DNA of 63,731 bases, counting the filler, from Kipferlia bialata (Eukaryota): the NCBI GenBank assembly GCA_003568945.1. It is 7 parts of 6 records of this genome, joined end to end, with 100 filler letters (N's around TTAATTAATTAA, not from the genome) between each part and the next. Parts side by side here need not be neighbours in the genome. Positions count along the whole stretch, not along the records: positions 34,574 to 46,429 come from BDIP01001172.1; positions 46,530 to 58,382 come from BDIP01001173.1; 5 more parts are not named here. One strand, given 5' to 3'. Under the pieces are notes generated by a model. It ran no database searches and was not told where the DNA came from. It saw only the letters and a program-made list of their open reading frames with translations. The position numbers and the translations under genes are program-made. Each line of letters begins with the position of its first letter. The first letter of the stretch is position 1. Shown piece by piece: positions 38,001 to 49,500 of the stretch.

Positions 38001-41000
38001 GCAGATAAGGATGCAGATGCCTTCTGTGACACAGCCCCTGAGGCTACACTAGTCTCCCTAGACCCCTTAGTGTCGTTAGCGCCCTTAGAGGCACGTACAC
38101 TCTTGCTAGCCTTGTCTCTCTTTGGATATAGCATGGATATGAGATCCTCTGCAGCTGGCTTCGGGGTCTTGGGACTAACCACAGGGACATGTATAGGTAC
38201 AGGGACAGGAACAAGTGGAGGTGCGGGTGCTACCGGTGCTAGAGGTGCTGCATCCGCCTTAACAGTCTCCCTCTCAGCAACCACTGGCACTGACTCTACA
38301 TTCTCCTTAGCAGGTGTGGTAGTGGTAGTGGCGGCAATTACTGTCTCCGCCTCCACAGCCACTCTCTCTCCCTCATGCTTCTCTTCTGCCCTCGGTACAC
38401 TGGCAGGTCTCTGACCCACCGGTACCATAGCAATATCCCCTTCTGCCCTTGGCTCCTCGCGAACAGGAGTCTCCCCCACCCTCTTCAGCTCATCCATCAT
38501 CCTGCCCATCCTCTCATGCCTCCTGTGCCGTGGAGAGAGAGACATCTCAGGGGACACGCACACATCGTCTGTCGCACTTCCTACACTGCCAACATCCACT
38601 TCCCCCCTCTCTCTCTCCTTGGGGGGAGGTATCTCTCTCTCCCTCCCTGCCTCTAGGTGACCCTCTCTGGGTGGCATGGACACGTCCCTCTCCACTACTA
38701 CTCTTTCTGGACTAGGACCCCTGCGAGTCATCTCAGTATCTCCATCCTCCTTCTCTCTCTCCATACCCCTTCCCACGGGGCTCTCTCTGGGTTGGCGGGA
38801 TTCAGGGGATCTCTCCCTCTCTCCCTCTCTCTCCCTCTCTCTTGGCACGGGTTCCAAATGTCCCTCCCGTCCCTCTCTCTCTCTTCTCTCCGGCTCCCCA
38901 CCCTCAACGACCCTCTCTCCCTCCCTATACCTCTCCCTTTCAGCAGGATACCCAGGACTCACTCGACGGGGACTAGGAGAGTGTGGTCTCTCTCTACCTC
39001 TCTCCCTCTCATCTCTGTACTCGGGTGAGTACCGGGGAACCCTCTCTCTCTCCCTGTCTCTCTCTGGAGAGAGACCCCTACTAGGGGAACGAGGGGCATA
39101 CACAACCTCCGTCTCTCTCCTAGGCGAGTACGACGGCTCTCTCGGTCTCTCTCCCCTTGGGGAGTAGGGCCTCTCTCTCTCCCTATCAGTATTGGATGCA
39201 GTGGTGTAGACAGGAGAGTACTCTCTCTCTCTCTCCCGTGCATACTCTGTCCTTGGTCCCTCCGGGGAGTATCTAGGGGGCTGGTAGTCATACTCTCTAT
39301 CCCTCCCCACCTCTCTCTCTCGTGGGTATGCATACTCAGGTGTCAGAGGACCTCTCTCTACAGCTGGCTGCACCTTCGCAGGCTCAATCTCCCTCACAGT
39401 CTCCTTCCACCTAGTATCAGTATATATATATATATATATATAGTATTACACTGATAGATATATAGTACATATACCAGTACCTCGTGCCCCCAGGACTGGT
39501 CGTGTACACGTCGTAGTATACATACTCATATGCAATCTCTCTCTCAGGACTAACTGGATACACGGGCATATCTCTCCGCCTATCCCCGGCGTTAGGGAGC
39601 AGCCTCTCTCTCGATCTAGACATAGACCTAGGTCTGCTGCGAGAGAGAGAGGGAGAGAGGGACGGTCTATCTGGATCTGGACAGGGAGTGGCAGAGGCAG
39701 AGGGTTCTCTCTCTCTGCATCTGTCCTCATATGCATGCCGCCTTCTCCTCTCTGCCTCTCTCAGTCTGTCTAGCACCACCTCTCTCTCAAGCTCAGCCTT
39801 CTCAGCCGCTATTACCTGGTGATAACATAGATGGTAATGGTACATGTGTGTACATCCAAACAAGTGTGTCAAGTGATAGTACTGTATCCAGGAACAATAA
39901 TACTCAAAACTACACATATGCAACACACGTCTATACCTGCAACTCGAATGCGTCTCTGTCTATGGGGGGCAGGGGAAGGTTGACATAAGGATAGTATGGA
40001 TATACTATACTACTCATTAACATATATACTATCTATATGCTATACCTGTAGCTCCAGGGCGTCTCTGTCTATGGGCGGTAGGGGCAGGACAAGGTCATCG
40101 ATGGGTCTGGAGGGTAAGAGGAAGATGTATGTATATATATATATACATATATATACTGCTAATACTAACGCCTGAGTGATCAGAGTATTGTAGTGTCTCT
40201 AATAACACTCACCCAAATACTATACATATAGGTACACATACCTGCCCTGACACTCCAGCTCCTTCCCAGTGTCGGGCCTCTTCTCTGGAAAGGTGCTCTC
40301 GGGGTTCATGAGCTCCTTGTCATATACCTGGTATCAATATAGTAACTATTATACCTTAATAACAGACTAATATAATAATAAGAGTAGCAACAGACAAGAG
40401 TGAATGAGCTCCTTGTCGTACACCTGTGATAAGCATATCAATAACAAGAGATAACATACAGTACATATACTATCCTATCTACAAGTCCCTATACCTGGGC
40501 CTCTTCTCCCCTTGCCGCCACCCGCCTGTCAATGTTTCTGTTCAGTACATATACATAAATAGAGTGTCCATACACATATAGTATATACACTCTATACCTG
40601 GGCCTCCTCCCCCCTTGCGGCCACCCTCCTGTCTATGTTACTGATCAGTGACGCAACTGAGGGCACGGGGTGGTGGGTCACATTGCGCATGTCATCCCTA
40701 TTGTGAATAATCGCATGACAATTCTCCATATATATAGGCAGAAATCAATGATGATAGTCGCCTAGTCCAATTACTTAAATGGTGCAACACCGCGTAGAAC
40801 ATTACAATCGTGTAGAGTGTTACCTGTCGAAATGGGGTGGACTTGGGCTGAAGAGGACGTTGGAGTCGTCAGAGTCTATCTGGGGTCAGCATAGCCCATT
40901 ACACTAGGCTAACATCGATTGAGAAACCACCGCACAAATACACCTGAGCAATACCTCTCCATCATTGACCACGGATGTAGAGTGAAGTAGTACAACTACA

Positions 41001-43935
41001 ATAACATATATACCTGTGGAGTAGGGGCTCTCTCTGTCTTCTTGTCCACTGCCCCCAGCCACGGATGTGGGTCTGTGAGTCTGGGCAGGGGATTGCACCC
41101 TGCCTCCACCCTGACAGGGAAGGAGGAGAGCATACGGGTGAAGACATTGGTCTAGGGTTAGATATATATGAATATATATATATATAGAGAGAGAGAGAGA
41201 GCACCCTGACAGGGAAGGAGGAGAGCGGGTAAAGACATTGGTCTAGGGTTAGTACATATTGCCATCCAACTCACAAAATCCAGTAACCGTCTCTGAATGA
41301 AAATATGTACTCGTCAATAGTGTAACTAGTGGGAGTGGGGGCGAAACCCTCTCGCACTCCCCATATATATATACCTACTCCTCATCCCTTGCAAACTCCA
41401 GCAGCATCTCCTCTGGTAAAACATATGTATTCATATACCGTGTATATATGTATAAACAAATATACAAAAATATATATTAATACAAATGTACATACATTAT
41501 ATATATGTGTGTATATACACTATACCTTCTCCTCATCCCGTGCAAACTCTAGCAGCATCTCCTCTGGAAAGGCCAGGGCCTGGGCACGAGTGATACTCAG
41601 AGAGTTGCTAAGGGGTTAGATGTATGCTTGTCACATACTGTACAATTGTCACAGTTGTCAAAATTATACCTTAGAATTGTCTGGATGAACACGTTTAGGA
41701 ACGTCAGGTCCAGGTCAGGTGTCGATATGTGGGGGAAGAGGCCCTTTTGGAACACCTAGGGGTGAGAATAAGGGTATTCACAAGACATGATGGATAATCA
41801 ATTAATATTGAGAGAGCAAAGGAAGGAAGGCTAAGGTGTGAGAATAGGGAGCGAAAGGGTAAAGTAGTGGTGTTTACAAAGGCGAATGAGAGTCAACTTT
41901 CAACATATACACTACATAGGTATAGTACACTATGCAGTACATATACATACAGGCAGGAAGGGTGTCAGTACATTTACACTATATGTATACATAAATATAT
42001 ACTGTATACACTATATTATATATATACTTCTATATTACACCAGTACCTGCATGATGGGCAGCAGTGACCCAAGTACAGCCAGGAAGGGTGTGAGTACACT
42101 GGCAGGGAGGACGCCATCCTCTGTGCCTAAGAATGAGAATAGGGGTGTAGAGGGGAGAGAACGAGACAGAGAGAGAGAGAGCAATATGCTTACCTCCATT
42201 CTCGCATAGGGTTAGCACTGCTGATAGGAGAGATGCCGTCCAACATGGCATGCCTAGGACCTTGTTGGTCAAGACCCTGAAATAAGGGTCTAGATAGGGT
42301 CAAAAATGGATGTAAGAGACTGAGAGAGTCCATTATATTCACCGGTTGCAATTAAGGGTGTGGTGGCCAGCTCTAGCTATTATTTGGTTTAGGGGTTGGT
42401 ATCGCAATAGACAGAAATCATCAGAGAGTAGCAATGTCTACACTCACCATCTGTACTTGAGTGTCAGTGATGCAAACTGGCTGTAGTCCTCTTACTTGAG
42501 ATATAACCTATATATATATACACACACATATATAGATAGATATATACATCATCCTACATATATCCACTGATATATGGATGGGTACGTACCATCTATACTT
42601 GAGTGTGAGCGATGCAAACTGGCTGTAGTCCTCGATGGATGGGTGGAACAGAAGGTCTCTGTTCAGCTGCTGACGCACAGGGGCAGGGACAGTCTGATGT
42701 TAATAATTGAATATATATATATATATACGTATACTCCTATGTAAATATACATGAATACATAGGAAGGTCTCTGCTATCGAGCTGCTGACGCAGAGGGGCA
42801 TAGTCTGATATTAGAGGATGAATACACTATATTCATGAATACAACACAGTATGTAAACTATAGAGTAAGGTCTCCACTATCAAGCTGCTGACGGACAGGG
42901 ACAGGGACACTCTAAGGTTAATGATATGTCGGATGAATATATATGTATATATGTATATATATTATAATATTATATGTATATATCGAGTAAGGTCTCTATC
43001 CAGCTGCTGACGCACAGTCTGGACTTAGACAGCAACGAACATATATTGTGTGTAGCTTATACATGTATATATACTCCGTACGTTGACTAGGTGTCTAGTC
43101 TGGCACAGTCACAGGATATACTATGTATAGAGTGTACAGATACTATATAGAGTATGAAAATATATACATATATATATATACATATGTCCACTGCAATAAT
43201 ACACTCAAGACCATACCTCCACCAGGTGTCTGATGCCCATTCTGGCACAATCACTAACTAATACTTGTATATACTAATCTATAATACATAATACTTCAAG
43301 ATCTTGTATATATACTCCATACCTCCACCAGGTGCCTGATGCCCATTCTGGCAGAATCATATACTAAAAACATGTATATATTAATCTATAATATATACTA
43401 CTTCAAGATCTTGTAAATATATATACTTATTATATATACTAATTTTATATACTCCATACCTCCACCAGGTGCCTGATGCCCATTCTGGAACATGACAGTG
43501 TGGGCTGGGGTGTCAGAATACAAATATCAAATATATCCACAGGAGTATTCGGATTGATCGAGTAATGAACCATCTTCTTGGACTAAAGGACTCTTTTGTG
43601 TGTGTGTTCGTATAAATGTGTATACATATACACATAGGGGTATATATATATACCTGGTAAGGAGTGATGTCAATCTTCTCCGTCTCACTCTTTCTATGAT
43701 TCAAACCCTATATACGTATGTGTAATGTAGGGAAATAGATATTTACATTCATACCTGGTATGGAGTGATATAAATATGAATGTGCATATGAGCATATGTA
43801 ATAGTATACTTGTCTATGATTATCAGTACGTATATATATGTACCTGATATGGAGTGATGTCAATCTTCTCCGTCCCACTCTTCTTGGCGTCATTGTCAGA
43901 CTCGACATCGGGCATGCCATCCTGAAATAAGGGTC

Positions 43936-43979
<44 letters not shown>

Positions 43980-44088
43980 TTGTCAGACTCGACATCGGGC
44001 ATGCCATCCTAAAATGAGGGTGTAGAGAGAGAGAGAGAGAGAGATGCTTATCATACAATCAGGCATGCCATCCTGCAGTAAGGGTCTA

Positions 44089-44139
<51 letters not shown>

Positions 44140-44181
44140 GTTTAACATACAATCAGGCATGCCATCCTGAAATATGGGTGC

Positions 44182-44225
<44 letters not shown>

Positions 44226-45852
44226 TTATCATACAATCAGGCATGCCATCCTGAAATAAGGGTCTAGAGAGAGAGGGGGGGGGGGGGATACTTGACACAT
44301 GGACTCACAATAGGAAATAGATACACAAGTACCGAATGAATACAACAATATAATAGTACGTCAATAATATATATCCTACCTCCTCCTCGTCGTCTGGCTA
44401 CACAAAGAAGTCGGAGGACATATACTAAAGTATATATGAGGATAACACGAATATACTAATGTCAATCAATACACATAATAGAATATATCTATCCTACCTC
44501 CTCCTCGTCGTCTGGCACCACAAAGAAGTCGGAGGACAGAAAGTGCATGGAGAGCCTGGCATTAGTAATCAGTATACAAAGTATATACTATAAGTAGTAA
44601 AGTAATATACAATTGAGCCAACAATTGGTACCCGACTTCAGTATGGCCAGTGCTACCATATATATATATATATACATATATATACGGTATTTATCTCCTA
44701 CACATATCTATATCTACCAATACAAATATCTATATATATACCCCACCTGAGTATGGCCAGTGCCACTATGGGTGCCGCTACCCTCGCATGTATATACTCT
44801 CTCCCAATAATTATGTTTATTATTACAGCATGTATATGTATATTCAATACTATACCTGAGTATGGCCAGTGCCACTATGGGCGCTACTTCTACAATATGT
44901 ACACACACTCTCTCTATATATGAATACTATTACATACTATTGTATACATACACATATATATACCTGAGTATGGCCAGTGCCACTATGGGTGCCGCTGCCA
45001 CAGGCTCAGACTGCACCAGGTACAGGTAGTTGACCTCTATAGTGAGAGAGAGATGATGTGTTATGAATGTATTCATAAACGTAAGAGTATGTGTACTAGT
45101 ATCAAGCTATACTATGCGGACAGAACTCTACAGAACTACACAAAGAGTTACTATAACATCTTTCTACACTCCCATTTTTATACATCTATAAGAACACAAA
45201 CGTATACGTACCTGGTGCATATGCTATTCATATATACTCACATACCACTTGCATAATACATGTAACTAGTATATATATGAATAGTACCTGGAGCTCCTGC
45301 CAGACTGACACAGAACTCAGGGGCCACAGTCTGTGGGGTGAGAGACATATGTCAGAGTATGAATATATATATACTATGATATAATACATACTAGAACAAA
45401 AGATGTGTATTATGAATAAGAACAGAACTCAGGGGCCACAGTCTGTGGGGAGTATACACACTCACATGCAGGTACTGTATTGATACCAGTCACATACAAT
45501 AATGTATCCAATGGACATATAAATCAATGTAAAGTATTGATAGAAAAATACTCACCTGCTTGTACTGTATGGATGTCAGTACTCCATGGGTCTTCCCTGG
45601 CCATCTCCTGATGTAAGGGTGAAGAGAGAGAATTAGGGTCTTGGCAGAGAGAGAGAGAGGGACATAGTGTCCTTGCAATAACACACCTTAGCATTAAAGG
45701 GAGTAGGCTCCTCTCGCATGCCCCACTGGACTCTGGGTCATACTACTCTCTCTCTCTCCCAGTATAGACATATGTATACACATATGTATATATATACCTC
45801 AGCATCAGGGGTAGTAGGCTCCTCTCACATGCCCCACTGGAGTCTGGATCTG
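34632..45852 (-). CDS. Very large multi-exon (>25) hypothetical protein: hydrophobic/helical N-terminal part, RE/RS/YSP-rich and Pro/Thr/Val-rich middle, globular-looking C-terminal part; both ends truncated
   Basis: Phase-consistent path from DPDSSGACERSLLPLMLR (45798-45852) through TVPAPVRQQLNRDLLFHPSIEDYSQFASLTLKYRW and VFQKGLFPHISTPDLDLTFLNVFIQTIL. It continues through exon 39481-39815 and the large exon ~37050-39410 (798-aa ORF), then ECRAWVYVVNDQVMLSGHSLAEGSAVSIRIDGDEVPYLALLG and onward. No family recognised. Confidence 0.8.
35699..35774. other. Internal scaffold gap (76 N, no stop cassette)
   Basis: A plain N run inside an intron, between a true exon start (35657) and a copy of the same exon start (~35780-35821). 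Confidence 0.9.
43654..44262 (-). repeat. Exon 43844-43921 flanked by four extra acceptor/exon-start copies and two extra exon-end/donor copies
   Basis: AG|GATGGCATGCC acceptors at plus-strand ~43922 (true), 44009, 44073, 44167 and 44251, separated by (GA)n tracts. Donor copies ATCACTCCWTAYCAG|GT at ~43775 and ~43654. Confidence 0.93.
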
Positions 45853-45854
45853 CT

Positions 45855-45898
45855 AGGGCAAGGGCACATACAGACAGGGGGACACTGCAGGAACTATA

Positions 45899-45945
<47 letters not shown>

Positions 45946-46151
45946 GATGATGATGACAGGGCAAGGGCACATACAGACAGGGGGACACTGCAAGAGCTGT
46001 GATAAGGGGTGAAGATATATGTAAATATATATGTAAATATTTATGTATACATATATGTATATATAGTAGGACAGGGCAAGGGCACACACAGAGAGAGGGA
46101 CACTGCAGGAACCATGGTAAGAGAATGAGAGTATGAGAGAGAGAAAGAAGA

Positions 46152-46186
<35 letters not shown>

Positions 46187-46290
46187 AGATGCTGTTAGGG
46201 CAAGGGCACACACGGAGAGGGGGGTTGGGGGAGAGAGAGAGAGAGAGGACGGCAGTACAAGGGCACAAACCAACAGGGGGACAGAACAAG
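45855..46290. repeat. Intronic degenerate tandem array (GGGCAAGGGCACA...GGGGACACTGCA units interleaved with (GA)n/(TA)n)
   Basis: About five units at ~45856, 45959, 46074, 46198 and 46258, copying the intron 3' end just upstream of exon 45798-45852. Confidence 0.8.
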
Positions 46291-46429
46291 ACCTATATTA
46301 TACGAGAGTGAGAGAGAGACAGAGTAGAGAAGGAGAGTGCCATATATGTATGTATATCACTGATATAATACTATTGTTAGTGTAGTCTAGTATTGGTCTT
46401 CAGAACCCACATAGTAAACACTACGTGGA

Positions 46430-46529
46430 NNNNNNNNNNNNNNNNNNNNNNNNNNNNNNNNNNNNNNNNNNNNTTAATTAATTAANNNNNNNNNNNNNNN
46501 NNNNNNNNNNNNNNNNNNNNNNNNNNNNN
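46430..46529. other. Synthetic contig linker
   Basis: 44 N + TTAATTAATTAA + 44 N. Confidence 0.97.
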
Positions 46530-46548
46530 TAGTGACCCTCACCTCCAG

Positions 46549-49500
46549 GAGGTGGTAGCCCAGTCACCCCTGTGAGGGATATATACATATATCTGTATCT
46601 ATACTCATAATGCCACTAACCACCAGGCGTACCAGCAATAGTCACCCCGGTCAATGAGAGAGACATCCAGACTGACTCTGGTGTTGACTGGGTGCCTGAC
46701 CCCAGGGAGAGCACCCTGGTGCAGCGCACCCCTCCCAACTCTGGGGTATGTCAAGTCTGTTACTATATGTGAATGCTACTATCATTCATACTATATGTAT
46801 ATACACTATACCTATACATGCGTGTCATGAGCACCTCAGTACACCACACACCCAATTTTGGGGTACTTTTGTAACGTCATATTGCTATAAGTGTATACTG
46901 CTGGTACATAGACCCTCTGTATACACATGATCGTCCTTGATTGAGATACCCAGGACATACGTATACACCTAGCTATATATATATACACAGCAATGTATCT
47001 TCCTGCTAACTGGCAGACCCAAAAGCTCATCAAGAAGTACGAGACTGATCGTGTTCACGGGGAGACCCGTATCCCACTCCCTACCTCCATCGCACCCAAC
47101 AGAGACCGCATGGAGGGATCATTTGCGGTATGTCATATATAGTGTACACTATTGTATACATACTATACGATATGTTGACAGTAGTGATGAAGGGGACTGG
47201 CAGTGAGAGGGTCTCTTCCCTCCTAGTACACTATCGACAACGTATACCAACTATCTGCAGCCTCTCTCTCTCCAGCCAATTGTCGACAGTCACCTGGTTT
47301 TTACTTGATTGTGTCTTGCACTAGAGATTGTTGGGTATACGACGATAGTATAAGAGTATATCACTGTCTCCTCCCGATTGCCGACACCCAGCATCGATAT
47401 AGTATATCAAGAGTATACAGTGTATGTACATAACCGGTATTCATGACTGACAACTAGAGTGCCGTTGCAGTACACCAAGTTGCATTGTATATATGTGTGT
47501 CTTTGGTATATAATATTAATGTATACCTCACTGACACCCAGCGTGTAGCACCAGTGCCAGGCAGTTCTGTGTACGGGAACATCTACACCCCAGCAGGTAC
47601 TTCTTCTCTCTCTCTCCATATGCCCCCTACACTGATGCTGTCTTGGTATACTGCATTGACATTGACTATTAATTCACTCCTTCATACACGATGTACCCAT
47701 ACATACACACATGTAAACTATATATGGTGTGGGTAAGTACATCTGATACATGTATATATATCTATTTCAAGTAGCGGTTACGTACTCAACTCTCACTAAC
47801 TGCGCCAGCCACGCTCATCATACTCCCTATATACCGTAGTACATATGTCTATGTGTGTGCATACCTGACCCCAGCTATGATCAGGAGGACCAGGCTCGGG
47901 TCTTGCTTCAGGGCACAGATGGAGGACAGAGGTGCGGCTCGGTCTCTCTCACTACCGTATACACTATTAGTACAGTGTTATACAATGGTGCGTCTATCTA
48001 TCTCTCTATCTGTAACGACAAGACTGTGGGTACAATGGTGGTATGTGGTTGTGTCTGCTGCCATTGGTGTGTACTGGCATATGCAGTGTATGTCTTCGAA
48101 TAATACTGAGTATGTTGTTCTTTCTCTTTCTTGGATGCTCTCAGTCTCTCTCTCTCTCTTAGCGTATGAGCATATATATATATGCTATTACTGTGTACAC
48201 ATGTCTCCCCTCACTATCAGACGATGAGGGTGCATGGACCCTCCAGTTCAATATGAAGTCTATATAGTCTCTATATATAGTCTATATATACACATAAATG
48301 TAAACGGCATCTCACAACCAGACATTGAGGTTGCTGAGGGTGCAGGGTCCCTACACGACTTCGGCGCTGACTACCCCGGTGTGGATGATGATACAGAGGC
48401 TGAGGTATGTGTTGTATATGAGGTTAGAGTGAATGTATAGTAGACATTGTATACTTATGGAGTGACGTATGCCACAGAGGTGTGTATATACATACAGACA
48501 GGATGAGGATATTATGTATATATACACAGGAGGTATCTACCCCTTTGTGGTACTCAGGTATATACATGTATTCCTGCCCTACATTGCAGGATATAGTATA
48601 TGATGTTGTACCCGATGTTGTCTGACCGCAGTGGCACCGAGGGATATATATGTTTATATATATTATACATTCATAGGACATGATATAGGCTGACCCCAGT
48701 TTAACCTCCCTGACAGAGAGGACAGGGACAGTGAGGGGGACATTGAGGGGGAGAGAGAGGGGGAGAGTGACAGTGGCAGCTCTGACTTCGACTCTGATCA
48801 GGTATTGTATACACTCCTGCACAGTGTATATATACTATATGAACATATACGATGGGGACTATGATCAGCTGTACAACTCTGCTTGGTATATGTATGGTAA
48901 TGTATGTATGTGTGGGTGCTACAGTTGATGTACATGAGTCCTCCGGTAGTGGCGGTCTAGCACACTGTACTGACTCGACACATGCATACTACTCCTCATA
49001 TACACCATGTGCTCAATGACTACTATATGTGTCACCTCACTGTACCCAACGCCTGACATATGGCTACACAGCATATATCTCGTCAGGCTCTCTTTACACC
49101 CTTTACTCACCATCAAGACAAGACTGTAGTGGGGGATATATGCGTCCCATATCGTTCTATGTAAATATCTGGTGGCACTTCTGACTCCCAGGAGAAGACT
49201 ATGGTGGTTGAGGACACCGAGACTGTGATAGAGGTAGAGGAGGGAGAGAGGGCCACTGTGGTGGAGGCTGAGGTGCCAGACGACATTGTCATTGTGTCAG
49301 GGCACCACACACACCACACCAACCACACCCACCAGACTGGTGTCTCTGTGGAGGACAGTGAGGCTGAGAAGGAGGAGGGCGTTGGTGTCGATGGGGATGT
49401 GGTGTATAGTGAGGACGACTCTGAGACTGAGGAGGAGTCTGAGGCTGACACTGTGGGCCAGACAGAGGTATGTACATGTCATGTGTAGTGTGTTGCATGA

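Noticed and set aside
37029..39167. Long antisense ORFs (e.g. 37029-37835 +, 37860-38414 +; also 51238-52011 -, 53677-54267 -)
   Set aside because: Shadows of codon-biased, low-complexity sense exons, with no independent protein features.
43900..44262. Repeat-spacer-like arrays superficially resembling CRISPR
   Set aside because: The repeats are copies of exon boundaries, the spacers are microsatellites of variable length, the context is eukaryotic, and no cas genes are present.
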